A stretch of DNA of 64,000 nt from Eledone cirrhosa (taxonomy: Eukaryota): positions 19,468,001 through 19,532,000 of the forward strand of contig OZ024746.1 in NCBI GenBank assembly GCA_964016885.1. The letters are read 5' to 3'. The position numbers and the translations under genes are program-made. How positions within the stretch are numbered: position 1 is the first letter of the stretch; every line of letters starts with the position of its first letter. The notes beneath the pieces were generated by a model that was given only the letters and a program-made list of their open reading frames with translations, made no database searches and had not been told where the DNA came from. Positions 13,429-27,784 of this stretch are shown in pieces.

Positions 13429-15784
13429 GTATATATATATATATATATATGTATGTATATATATATATTATATATATGTATGTATATATATATATTATAT
13501 ATATGTATGTATATATATATATTATATATATGTATGTATATATATATATTATATATATGTATGTATATATATATATTATATATATGTATGTATATATTAT
13601 ATATATGTATGTATATATATATATTATATATATGTATGTATATATATTATATATATGTATGTATATATATATATTATATATATGTATGTATATATATATG
13701 TATATATATATATATTATATATATGTATGTATATATTATATATATGTATGTATATATATATATTATATTTATGTATGTATATATATATATTATATATATG
13801 TATGTATATATATATGTATGTATATATATATATTATATATATGTATGTATATATATATATTATATATATGTATGTATATATATATATTATATATATGTAT
13901 GTATATATATATATTATATATATGTATGTATATATATATATATATTATATATATGTATGTATATATATATATTATATATATGTATGTATATATATATATT
14001 ATATATATGTATGTATATATATATATTATATATATGTATGTATATATATATATTATATATATGTATGTATGTATATATATATATTATATATATGTATGTA
14101 TATATATATATTATATATATGTATGTATATATATATATTATATATATGTATGTATATATATATATTTATTATATATATATATGTATGTATATATATATAT
14201 ATATATGTATGTATATATATATATTATATATATGTATGTATATATATATATTATATATATGTATGTATATATATATATTATATATATGTATGTATATATA
14301 TATATTATATATATGTATGTATATATATATATTATATATATGTATGTATATATATATATTATATATATGTATGTATATATATTATATATATGTATGTATA
14401 TATATTATATATATGTATGTATATATATTATATATATATGTATGTATATATATATATTATATATATGTATGTATATATATATATTATATATATGTATGTA
14501 TATATATATATTATATATATGTATGTATATATATATATTATATATATGTATGTATATATATATATTATATATATGTATGTATATATATATATTATATATA
14601 TGTATGTATATTTATATATATGTATGTATATATATATATTATATATATGTATGTATATATATATATTATATATATGTATGTATATATATATATTATATAT
14701 ATGTATGTATATATATATATTATATATATGTATGTATATATATATATTATATATATGTATGTATATATATATATTATATATATGTATGTATATATATATA
14801 TTATATATATGTATGTATATATATATATTATTTATATGTATGTATATATATATATTATATATATCTATGTATATATATATATTATATATATCTATGTATA
14901 TATATATATTATATATATGTATGTATATATATATATTATATGTATGTATATATATATATATTATATATATGTATGTATATATATATATTATATATATGTA
15001 TGTATATATATATTATATATATGTATGTATATATATATTATATATATGTATGTATATATATATTATATATATGTATGTATATATATATATTATATATATG
15101 TATGTATATATATATTATATATATGTATGTATATATATATATTATATATATGTATGTATATATATATATTATATATATGTATGTATATATATATATATTA
15201 TATATATGTATGTATATATATATGTATGTATATATATATATATTATATATATGTATGTATATATATATATATTATATATATGTATGTATATATATATGTA
15301 TGTATATATATATATATTATATATATGTATGTATATATATATATATTATATATATGTATGTATATATATATATATTATATATATGTATGTATATATATAT
15401 GTATGTATATATATATATATTATATATATGTATGTATATATATATATTATATATATGTATGTATATATATATATTATATATATGTATGTATATATATATA
15501 TATTATATATATGTATGTATATATATATATTATATATATGTATGTATATATATATATATTATATATATGTATGTATATATATATATATATTATATATATG
15601 TATGTATATATATATTATATATATGTATATATATATATATATTATATATATGTATATATATATATATTATATATATGTATATATATATATATTATGTATA
15701 TATATATATATTATGTATATATATATATATTATATATATGTATATGTATATATATATATATTATGTATATATATATATATTATG

Positions 15785-15819
<35 letters not shown>

Positions 15820-16750
15820 TATATATATGTATATATATTATATATATGTATATATATATATATTATATATATGTATATATATTATATATATGTATATATA
15901 TATATATTATATATGTATATATATATATTATATATGTATATATATATATTATATATGTATATATATATATTATATATGTATATATATATATTATATATGT
16001 ATATATATATATTATATATGTATATATATATATTATATATGTATATATATATATTATATATGTATATATATATATTATATATGTATATATATTATATATG
16101 TATATATATATTATATATGTATATATATATATTATATATGTATATATATATTATATATGTATATATATATTATATATGTATATATATATATTATATATGT
16201 ATATATATATATTATATATGTATATATATATATTATATATGTATATATATATTATATATGTATATATATATTATATATGTATATATATATATATTATATA
16301 TATTATATATGTATATATATATATTATATATGTATATATATATATATTATATATGTATATATATATATTATATATGTATATATATATATATTATATATGT
16401 ATATATATATATTATATATGTATATATATATATTATATATGTATATATATTATATATGTATATATATATATTATATATGTATAAATATATATTATATATG
16501 TATATATATATAGTATATATGTATATATATACATTATATATGTATATATACATATTAGATATGTTTTATATATATTATATATTATGTATATGTATATATA
16601 CATATATAATATATATCTATATATGTATACATATATATATATCTATACATATATATATATTATATATATATATTATATATGTATACATATACATATATAT
16701 ATGAATTGTATATATACAAGAATTGTATACATGAATTGTATATATACAAG
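13230..16750. repeat. Giant (TA)n-derived satellite, unit about 17-23 bp (e.g. tatatatatgtatgtatatatatat)
   Basis: Direct reading; explains the spurious ~1000-aa Y/I ORFs. Confidence 0.95.
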
Positions 16751-16849
16751 AATTGAAAGACTTCGCCAGGTGGTGCTATTAAGTTAGACATGGCCTGGGC
16801 CAATACTGGCCAAAACTTTTCAAAGTTAAAGTTATTCAAAGTTATATTT

Positions 16850-17835
16850 TATATATATATGTATACATATATAGATATGTATACATATATAGATATGTAT
16901 ACATATACATATATATATATTATATATATATGTATACATATATATATGTATACATATACATATATATATATTATATATATATGTATACATATATATGTAT
17001 ACATATATATATATATGTATACATATATATATGTATACATATATATATATGTATACATATATATATATTATATATATATGTATACATATATATATATGTA
17101 TACATATATATATATTATATATATATGTATACATATATATATGTAGACATATATATATGTATACATATATATGTATACATATATATATATATGTATACAT
17201 ATATATATATGTATACATATATATATATGTATACATATATATGTATACATATATATATATATGTATACATATATATATATATGTATACATATATATATAT
17301 GTATACATATATATATATATGTATACATATATGTATACATATATATATATATGTATACATATATATATATGTATACATATATATATATTATATATATATG
17401 TATACATATATATATATGTATACATATATATATATTATATATATATGTATACATATATATAAATGTATACATATATATATCTATACATATATATATATGT
17501 ATACACATATATATATGTATACATATATATATATTATATATATATGTATACATATATATATATGTATATATATATGTATATATATATGTATATATATATG
17601 TATACATATATGTATACATATGTATATATATATGTATACATATATATGTATACATATATATGTATACATATATATATGTATACATATATATATACATATA
17701 CATATATATATGTATACATATATATATACATATACATATATATATATACGTATACATATATACATATATATATATATATGTATACATATATATATATATA
17801 TATATATATGTATACATATATATATATATGTATAC

Positions 17836-17867
<32 letters not shown>

Positions 17868-18001
17868 GTATACATATATATATATGTGTATACATATATA
17901 TATATATGTATACATATATATATATATATATATGTATACATATATATATATGTATACATATATATATATATATGTATACATATATATATATATATGTATA
18001 C

Positions 18002-18033
<32 letters not shown>

Positions 18034-18180
18034 GTATACATATATATATATGTGTATACATATATATATATGTATACATATATATATATGTATACATATA
18101 TATATATGTGTATACATATATATATATGTGTATACATATATATATGTATACATATATATATATATATATGTATACATATA

Positions 18181-18236
<56 letters not shown>

Positions 18237-18485
18237 TGTATACATATATATATATATGTAATACATATATATATATATGTATATATATATATATTATATA
18301 TGTATACATATATATATGTATACATATATATATATATGTATACATATATATATATATATGTATACATATATATATATATGTATATATATGTATACATATA
18401 TATATATGTATACATATATATATATAATTGCATATATATATATATATAATTACATATATATCTTATATATATAAATACATATAAT
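16850..18485. repeat. (TA)n-derived satellite with palindromic TGTATACA cores
   Basis: Direct reading. Confidence 0.95.
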
Positions 18486-18489
18486 ATCC

Positions 18490-18962
18490 TCATCACCATC
18501 ATCATCTTTTTATGTCCACGTTTCCCCGCTTGCAAGGGTGGGGCGTGTCCTATCCAGCACATCATCTTTCCAATTGTCACGGTCCTTCGTCATCTCCTCC
18601 ATGAGTATCAGTGATCTGAGGTCTGCTCTCACCACCTCCGCCCATGTTTTTCGTGGTCTACCTCTACCACGTCTTCCTTCAACTGGCATTTCCTGGCACT
18701 TTTTCACCCATCGGTCATCCTCCATGCGCATCACATGTCCATACCACCTCAGTCTCCTCTCCCGTACACTACATTCTATCCCTCTCAGACACAGTTTCTC
18801 TCTCAACACATTCATGCTGGGTCGTTCCCGCACATTGACATGGCACAGAGCATGCATGCCTCATTTCTCTGCAGTTGCTGCCCATGTCTCACTACCATGC
18901 AGCATCGCGCTCCTCACACAGGCATCATATAACCAGTCTTTCGATCGCAGGGAGAAACCTTC
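18490..18962 (-). mobile_element. RTE-clade LINE 3' fragment with (GAT)n tail
   Basis: [18 protein letters not shown] and ERRLRWYGHVMRM..GRRGRGRPRKTW motifs; internal deletion; ~55-bp flanking duplication. Confidence 0.85.
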
Positions 18963-19237
18963 ATATGTATTTATATATATATATGTTATTGCATATATAT
19001 ATATATAATTACATATATATATTATATATATATAAATACATATATATAGATATATATAATATATATATAAATGCATATATATGTATATATATATATATGT
19101 ATATATATATGCTTTTATATATATATTATATAATTGTATATCATATATATACATCTGTATATATATATTATACATATATATTTGTATATATCATAAATAT
19201 ATGATATATATGTGTGTGTGTATATAAAATATAAGCA

Positions 19238-19298
19238 GGGGAGTGCGTGGCTCTAATGAACGCCAACAAGCCTGAAACAGACTGTCAGCATCTCTCCC
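19238..19298 (+). pseudogene. Degenerate hammerhead (core CTAATGA)
   Basis: gct CTAATGA acgc-caacaa-gcct GAAA cagactg TC agc; extended stem I gggag../..ctccc. Confidence 0.55.
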
Positions 19299-19801
19299 TT
19301 CTTTCACCAAATAGAAGTAAGTGACATAGTCACTACTTTAAAACTGATAGTGTATGGTCTTCTAAATGTTTTTATTTAAACATATGGTATATTACCAAAT
19401 ATACTATACATACATTTATATATATATAATGTGTGTGTTATGTGAACATGCATTCGGATTACAATCAGAAGATTGTGAATTTCATTCTCGGATTGGGCAA
19501 TGCGTTGTGTCCTTGAGCAAGACACTTTATTTTCACTCCAGTTTATTCAGCTGCAGAAATGAGATTTCACTGGTGCCAAGCTGTATTGGCCATTGCGTTT
19601 CCTTTGGACAACCGTATATGTCTCTCTTTCTATATATATATATATATATGACTATATATGTATATATATATGAATATCTCTCTCCTCCTCTCTCTCACTC
19701 ACCCCTCTCTCTCTCTCACCCCTCTCTCTCTCACCCCCCTCTCTCTCTCTCACCCCTCTCTCTCTCACCCCCTCTCTCTCTCACCCCCTCTCTCTCTCTC
19801 T

Positions 19802-19876
<75 letters not shown>

Positions 19877-19878
<2 letters not shown>

Positions 19879-20285
19879 CACATGGCTTAGTGGTTAGAGC
19901 ATTGGGCTTGCAATCGAAAGGTTGTTAGTTCAGTTCTCGGACCGGGTGATGTGTTGTTTCCTTGAGCAACACACTTTATTTCACATTGCTCCAGTTTACT
20001 CAGCTGTAGAAATGAGATGATAGGACCGGGGTCCCTATCATTCCACTGCAAAGTAGTTGTGGAGGTGGCACGGCAAAAAAAACACCCAGCCCACACTGTA
20101 AAGTGGACATGTAGGTGCCATGGAAAAAAAAGCACCCAGTACTCACTGTAAATGGGGTTGGTGTTAGGAAGGGCATCCAGCTGTAGAAATCAAGCAAGAC
20201 AAGGTCAGCCGACAAGACGACCCGTCTAACCCATGCTAGCGTGGAAGAACGGACGTAAAACGGTGATGACGATGATGATGATGAT
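19877..20285 (+). mobile_element. SINE family B: tRNA head + CORE-like domain + RTE-derived tail
   Basis: ggcttagtggttagagc A-box; ccttgagcaa..ctcagctgtagaaatg; 3' half matches the RTE 3' UTR at 25045-25270; (GAT)n end. Confidence 0.8.
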
Positions 20286-20479
20286 ATATATGTCTATTCA
20301 CACTCGACTTTATGTGTATATATATTTATATGAATATATATATGTCCTTATCCTCATTTGACATCCATTTTCCATTCTTGCATGGGCTAGACAATGTATA
20401 TATGTATTCAAAAAAATACATACATACACACACACATATATAATATATCCGTGTGTTATTGACAGAGATGAGAATGTGT

Positions 20480-20640
20480 AATCAATACTGAAGTAGAGTT
20501 TAAATATTCATTTATTATGCTAACTGGTGAGACTTGTTACTGTGGAGTTTCACCTGCGCATTCACCGGACCTGATGATTCTGTACATGTGCAGGTGAAAC
20601 TCCAGTGTAACAAGTCTTGTCACACAACTATAATAAATGA
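20480..20640. mobile_element. Fold-back element with back-to-back hammerhead cores (family shared with 60060 and 60495)
   Basis: Imperfect arms 20508-20560/20580-20640; CTGATGA 20571-20577, GAAA 20596, ctccagtg TA acaag; mirrored CCGGTGA core on the minus strand. Confidence 0.65.
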
Positions 20641-20679
20641 TTATATACATACATATTCTAATACATATGAAGATGTTGT

Positions 20680-21010
20680 GACCAGGTTTAGATCAGCAAA
20701 ATATTCTTTCGTGAGGATGAACTTCTCTGAAGAGAGGAGAACCCCAGATATGTTCCTGATAGCAGGTATGGGGGAGGACTTCTTATTACAAAGACAGTGG
20801 ATGGTCTGCCAGAATACTTTATTTGCTGATCTGAAATCGGATTCCAGCTTAACCCGAAAGTCCTGCCATGTCTTAACTTTGGACGCTTTTACGATCTCTA
20901 CTACAAATTATCGCACCTGTGTGTTCAAGAAGGAACACTTATTTTCAAGCCAAGCTTTGTAAACCTCCTCCTGTCACTCAGTGCCACACCAAGCTTCTTT
21001 TACCTGCAAC
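20680..21010 (-). mobile_element. Decayed RTE-type LINE fragment (EN-RT linker)
   Basis: Minus translation YKAWL..KTWQDFRVKLESDFRSANKVFWQTI with stops. Confidence 0.55.
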
Positions 21011-21808
21011 ATTTAACAACTGAAGCAGAAACTGCTCAGCAAAACAATCTACACTGTTTCAACATCCACAATTTTCTCAGTGAGTTCTCTGAATTTGAAT
21101 ATGATAGTATCTGCATAACTGGGCCAGACATCCTTATCTTGTAAGTGCCGCTGGACCTGTCAGCTTTGTGGGCTTTCTTGGCTTTATATATATATATATA
21201 TATATGACACAACAAAAAAGCACCCAGTCCACCTTGCAAAGTGGTCATGTTGTGACATCAAAAAGTGCCCTGTCCACCCTGGAGACATGACAAAAGCACC
21301 CAGTCCACCCTGTTAGATGGTCTTTTGTTACCACGATATAAAGCACCTGGTCCACACTATAATGTGGTTGATGTTAGGAGGGGCATGCAGCTGTAGAAAC
21401 CAAGCCCAAGTATAGATCCGTATGAGCAAAATGTGGTCTCCTGACCTGATATGCCTCATAATATACAATACATCTAACCCAAGCAAGCGTGGAAAAATAG
21501 ACGTTAAAAGTTGATGATGATATAGTTTTGTTTATTAATGACAATAGATATTTAATATTTCTTTATTATGTTTTCCGATATGTTCCAATTTCATGAATTT
21601 GTGCACTGTGTCTTATGTCTGTTGAAGCATGACACTTAATTCAACATGTATAAGATTTGTGATTCTTTAAGAAGTCATTGCTATTGTATTTCTTATAATC
21701 TGTGTAAACGAAAATATAACCTTGCCTTTTCTGTCTATGTCAAATGCAGTCAAGGTATAGTTTATTTTTATTCTGGTGTAGGTGTGAGTTGATAAAATTA
21801 ATGCTTCA

Positions 21809-21848
<40 letters not shown>

Positions 21849-22374
21849 AAGAAGATGTGTTATTTTTATTTTTATTTTTACTCTTCTCTTGCAAATCAAC
21901 TCACTGTAATTTATTTGTCTTGTATGAGCTTCTATTTCAATTGTGTGTGTGAGTCTGGGTAGGGAGAGATAGCTGTTGATCATCGTCATCATCATTTAAT
22001 GTCCATTTTTCCATGCTAGCATGGGTTAGACGAGTTGCCCTGTTGTGAGACAAGTCAGGTCAGATGATTGTATCTTGCTCATTTCTGGCTTGTTTTCTAT
22101 GACTGGATGCCCTTCCTAATGCCAACTACATTTACAGCGTGGACTGGATGCCTTTTATCGTGGCATCACTCCTTCATAGTCATCCTATGAACTTTTCAGC
22201 CAACTCTTGTATATAAGTAACCTTTTGGAAAACCTAAACTGGTGGTTCTTAATGTTTTTGACTTTGTGGAACTTTGAAGATCAAATAAATGATTACTGAC
22301 AAATTTACACTTCACGTGGAAAATAAAATAAAAAAAAAACAAACACTATACTTAGAACGAATATACAAAACAGT

Positions 22375-22551
22375 TAATATAAAGAGTGGTGTACTTATGC
22401 ATGGAGATGCTATGAAATAGCATATAAAACAGGGTGAAGACCCTTAAAGATAGAAAAAGTTGCAGTCAATGACAACTTCTTTTTCCATCTTTAAGGCTCT
22501 TCACCCTATTTTATAGCATTTCCATGCAAGAGCACACTACTCTTTATATTA
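22375..22551. repeat. Imperfect inverted repeat, ~80-bp arms
   Basis: taatataaagagtggtgt...gggtgaaga versus tcttcaccc...acactactctttatatta. Confidence 0.8.
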
Positions 22552-23015
22552 TCTTTATCCCCTCAGCACTTCGTAAAAGTCCAAGAGATCTTATATTGTT
22601 TTATCAATCATTCTTAAATCATATTAAGGCTTGAATTATATTTTAAAACTTCACAGCATATCTAGATATCCTTGTGGTATGGTCCACTATTTGAGAAATA
22701 TCCATCTAAAGATTGCTTTAGTTTTAATTTAAAATTGTCTTTTTGGTTGTTGTTGATACTTTAGTGTTTTATCATGGCTACAATGGACATTATATAGTCA
22801 AATGTTTAAGAAGTTCACTTCACATTCATTAGGTCCTGGGTTCAATCAACTGTGTGTCTTTTGGGTAAGTGTCATATTTACCTTAACCTCAGATTGACGC
22901 ATGTCTTGTGAGTAGAGAGAAACTGTTTGGAAGTCCATTGGATGGACTGTACCTGTAATTCAAAGGACCAGCTTTTACACACATTATGTCACACTGAATC
23001 TCCCTGAGAATTACG

Positions 23016-23208
23016 TTAACCCTATAGCATTTAAACAGGCCGTATTCAGCCAGGATTCTCTCACTCTTTCTGTTCAAACCGACCATAACCGACTGCTCAT
23101 ACTGATGTTAAGGTATTGTTCTCAAGCTAAATAATATCAAAATCTCGTAGATTCAATATAATGTAAGATAATAGTAAATATGGAGTAGTGTAAATACTAA
23201 AGGGTTAA
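23016..23208. mobile_element. piggyBac-type MITE
   Basis: TTAA-ccct..aggg-TTAA termini; second copy at 27527-27747; interrupts a repeat also seen at 37100-37270. Confidence 0.7.
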
Positions 23209-23764
23209 GGGCATGTTAATTTCAGGAGCAATCTGTTCTGTTGATCAAATAACTGGAATGCTAATTATTGGAAACAATGGAAGTTCATGGCTACCTTACA
23301 TGTATTTTTCTTTTATCGACTGACAAGATCCCAAACTTCATTCACTTATCAAGTGGGGTGGAACTCATCAAATCTCTTTTTTCATTATTTAATTTTTCTT
23401 TCTTTTTCTCTCTTCCTGTTTATTATTTTAATATTTTTTTTAACATACTTTCATCGTTGTATACTTCTGTTCAACACTATATTTTGTCTCTTAGTTTTTC
23501 ACACTACATCTGTCTCATAATTTATTTATTTTGATGGACTTTCTTCTCCCCTATAAGCCAGCAGCTTTTTATCTATTTGGCCAACTTATTGATAACCTAG
23601 AGAGAGATAAGCTCTGCTATGCTTAAAATGCCAAGAAATGCTGGATTTCACTATGGCACCCCTACAATTACAAAAGGAGTTACGGGACCTTACCATACCA
23701 TTGATAACCTCACAATTTTAGTTTTTTTATCTAGTTAGACATAATTTATATATATCCTCAATGT

Positions 23765-24105
23765 GAAGTCACATAGCTTAGTGGTTATAGCATTGGGCTT
23801 GGAATCATGGGATTATGAGTTTAATTTCTGGATCGGGTGATGGTTTGTTTCCTTGAGCAAGACACTTATCTTGCATTGCTCCAGTTCACACAGCTGTAGA
23901 AATGAGTTATGACGTCACTGATGCCAAGCTGTGCCAGTCATTGCCTTTTACTTGGACAAAATCGGTGGCATGGTGAGGGGTGACTGGTATACATGGAGGA
24001 CAGCTGGTCTTTCACAATCAAACTTGCCTGGACTTATGCCTCGGAGTAGAACTTTCTAAGTGCAAATCCCATGGTCATTTGTGACCGAAGGGGGTCTTTA
24101 CCCTT
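23765..24105 (+). mobile_element. SINE with tRNA head and CORE-like domain
   Basis: gcttagtggttatagc..ccttgagcaagacactt..cagctgtagaaatgag. Confidence 0.65.
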
Positions 24106-24499
24106 TTATAAATATCCTCATTAGAAGTAAAGTTTTTCTCTTTTTTTTTTAACATACAAAAACAAAACAAAAAATGGTGCGTATATTAGATTCCAATTGG
24201 AATTTCAAGAAATTCAATTCTGTCATCCATAATATAATTCTACAAGTATTGAAGTAATGAAATTAGGGTAAGTATCATCAGTAACAAGTAACATGAGTAG
24301 GAGTATGAAAATATTGAGGATTAGGTAATGAGTGCTAAATATTAATATCCAGAAAATCCATGTGTCAAAAAAGAGAAAATTAGAATTATAATATATATGA
24401 TGATATATATATATATATGTATAATATATATATTTATATATACGTATTATATATTTATATATATATGTATTATATATTTATATATAATACATATATACA

Positions 24500-24690
24500 T
24501 AATTGTTTCTACTTTAGGCACAAGGCCAGCAATTACCCAGTGCATTACTGGTACTTTATTTTATCGACCCCGTAGAGGATGAAAGGCAAAGTCAACCTCG
24601 GCGGGATTTGAACTCAGATCGTAAAGGGATGTAACTGTGCTGGAAAGCATGGCGTCCGACTCTCTACCGATACTGCCAATCCACCGCCCT
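24500..24690 (-). mobile_element. SINE family A, full-length
   Basis: Matches the copies at 50775-50970 and elsewhere. Confidence 0.8.
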
Positions 24691-25044
24691 TTACATATAT
24701 ACATAATACAAGCGAGACATGGTCTCCCGACGATTCCCTGCATCAAATGGAACAAAACCGTCTAACCCATGCTATCGTGGAAGATGGACGTTAAACGATG
24801 ATGATGCTGTATTATATATTTATATATATATGTATTATATATTTATATATATATATATTACATATATTTATATATATATATATATATGTATTACATATTT
24901 TTACATATATATGTATTACGTATTTGTTTATATATATATATATATATATGACATAATTTTATATATATATATGAATTATATATTTATATATATATATATA
25001 TGATACATATATATACGTATGTATTATATAAAATATATATATAT

Positions 25045-26728
25045 ATCATCATCATCATCATCACCGTTTTACGTCCGTTCTTCCACGCTAGCATGGGTTA
25101 GACGGGTTGTCCTGTTGTGGGCAGTGTCTGGTCGGCTGACCATGCCTTGCTCATACAGGAACTGATTTGGCTTGATTTCTACAGCTGGATGCCCTTCCTA
25201 ACACCAACCTCATTTACAGTGTGGGCTGGGTGCTTTTTTGCCGTGGCACCTCCATGACCATCTTGCAGTGGGGGGTGTGGGGGCATATTGTCTATATGCT
25301 TCAGCTTGTACCCATGGGAGGTTGGGGTACTCTGTATTACTGCATGACGCCAGAGGTCACGGTCGTGTGTCATCGCCTTTGAGAGGTGTAATTGGGTAAG
25401 GTCGGCTTTTATCACCTCATCCCAGGTCATCTTGGGTCTCCCCACTCCGCGGTTTCCATCGACTTCTAGTGCTCTGCACCTTTTTATGCAGCTGTCATCC
25501 TTCAAACGCATCACATGTCCATACCAACGCAACCGCCTCTCCTGCACACAGCATTTGATTCCTCTTATGCTCAGTCTCTCTCTCAATTCATTTATGCTTT
25601 GTCGTTCGCGTATATTGCTATTACACATCCATCGGAGCATGCAGGTTTCTCTCTAATCTACGTAAGCCTTCCACCTTCAGCGCCCAGGTCTCACTACCAT
25701 GCAACATCGCTGTTCGGATACATGCATCATACAGTCTGCCTTTCATTTTGAGGGAGAAGCCTTTTGCAGCTAGCAGTGGTAGTAGTTCCCTAAACTTCTT
25801 CCATCCCGTTCTTACCCTAGTTATTGTACTTTCTGAACACCCATCTCCGCTGCTAATTCGGTCACCTAGGTAGCAGAAGCTGTCTACTGTTTCTACAGAG
25901 CCCTCCTAGAGATTGGTGGTACTTGTTTCATTTGGCTGTTTGCTGCTTGCTGTCCCAGCACAGCTGCTGCATGTGAAGCCTACATTCTTAATTAAGCTTC
26001 CTGAGATCCCGCTACATCTCTTGTGTACCCATTGTTTGCATTTGGGGCAGAGAATGGAGTTCCCACCTACACTTTTCCTACATACTGAGCAAGGCCATTT
26101 CCCTGAGGGGATCTGGGTTCTGTTTTCTCGTCTACTTACAAGGACCTTAGTCTTTGTCATGTTGACTTTGAGACCCTTTCTTTCTAGTCCCTGCTTCCAA
26201 GTTTGGAATTTCTTCTTTAGTTCTACCATAGATTCAGCTATAAGTGTGAGGTCATCAGCATACAGGAGTTCCCATGGGCATCCGGTCTTAAACTCCTCCG
26301 TTATTGCCTGCAGGACTATGATGAACAGGAGGGGGCTAAGAACAGAGCCCTGGTGGACCCCAACCTGTACGCTAAATTCCTCGCTATACTCATTGCTAAT
26401 CCTAACTTTGCTGACTGCTCCCCTATACATGGCTTGTACCGCTTTCACAAGCCATTCATCTACTCCTAATTTTCTAAGAGCCCACCAGATTACAGCACGT
26501 GGAACTCTGTCAAAGTCTTTCTCAAGATCGACAAATGCCAGGTAGAGTGGCTTACTTTTAGCTAGGTACTTTTCCTGTAACTGCCTGACAAGGAAGAGGG
26601 CATCAGTGGTGCCTCTTCCTAGTACAAACCCAAATTGCATCTCGTCTAGTTTCACCCGGTCCTTAATCAACTGTGCTATAACTCTTTCTGTTACTTTCAT
26701 GACCTAGTCCATCAGCTTTATACCTCTA
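25045..26728 (-). mobile_element. 5'-truncated RTE-clade LINE (RT domain with PHD-like C4HC3 insert, C-terminus, 3' UTR, (GAT)n tail)
   Basis: ORF 25906-26700: QFGF, FVDLEK.FDRVP, GVHQGSVLSPLLF, YADD, CxxC..CxxC..HxxC..CxxC; continues after a frameshift as FCYLG..GSETW and RRLRWYGHV. Confidence 0.92.
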
Positions 26729-27526
26729 TATCATACGTATATGTATTATATATATATTATCATAATCGTTTAACGTCCACTTTCCATGCTAGCATGGGTT
26801 AGATGGGTTGTTCCATTTGAGGCAAGTTGGGTCAGGTGTCTGTGTCTTGCTTATATAGAACTATTTCTGGCTGATATCATCATCATCATCATTTTACGTC
26901 CGCTTTTCCCTGCTTGCAAGGGTGGGATATATATATATCAGCTTACAATGTCAAAGCAATTCTTTTATGAAATATTCTTATAAATTTTTTTTCTAATATG
27001 TTATTTTTTCTCATAAATGTTGTGCGTGTGTTTCTATGTAACATGAATTCAAGATTATCATAATGAATAAAAAATGCTTTATAAGCAACACAAAACATTG
27101 TTTTATCTTCTTTACACCCTTCTGTTTATTTTATATCATAATTGGTAAATTTTATATCATGTTGGTTACATGTTTCCAGTGTACCAATTAGGGCCCATCA
27201 CATTACTGATAGCAGGAGTAACAAGGGAGTGTCTGTAACTTGGTGCAGAACAAGTATATGAAGGGACATCATTAAAAAAGCACTGGTTTTGGGGGTTCTT
27301 GGCAAAAGATACACTAACACACACTTGATGTGTGTTTGACAGACTTCTGCACAGTTTCTGTCTACCAAATTCTACTGAAATGGCTAGTGAGATCTAACCT
27401 GGAACCACATGTTTGCAAATCAATTTTTTTCACCTCAGAGTCATGCCTGCTCCTATTTCTTCTAAATCAGTTTTAAGTCTTTTTTTCTTTTTTTTTTTTT
27501 TCTGCTTAGTTAATTATTTTTGGTGT

Positions 27527-27747
27527 TTAACCATTTAGCATTTAAACCAGCCGTATCTGGCCAGAATTCTCATCTTTTTCATTTCAAACTGGCTGTAACT
27601 AGTCACTCATAGTTATGTTAAAGTATTGTTCTCATAAATAATCAAAATCTCATAGATTCTATATTATGTGAGATATTATATAAGATAAAGCCTTTACCGT
27701 GAAAATACAATAGTATATATAGAGTAATGTAGATGCTAATGGGTTAA
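27527..27747. mobile_element. piggyBac-type MITE, second copy
   Basis: TTAA-ccatttagcatt..gatgctaatggg-TTAA; homologous to 23016-23208. Confidence 0.65.
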
Positions 27748-27784
27748 TTCCCCAGCATTAATCTTCCTATTTTATTAATATTGT

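Noticed and set aside
13185-18580. Very long Tyr/Ile-rich ORFs (up to 1099 aa)
   Set aside because: Stop-free translations of (TA)n-derived satellite in multiple frames
25913-26545. 210-aa plus-strand ORF
   Set aside because: Antisense shadow of the RTE reverse transcriptase
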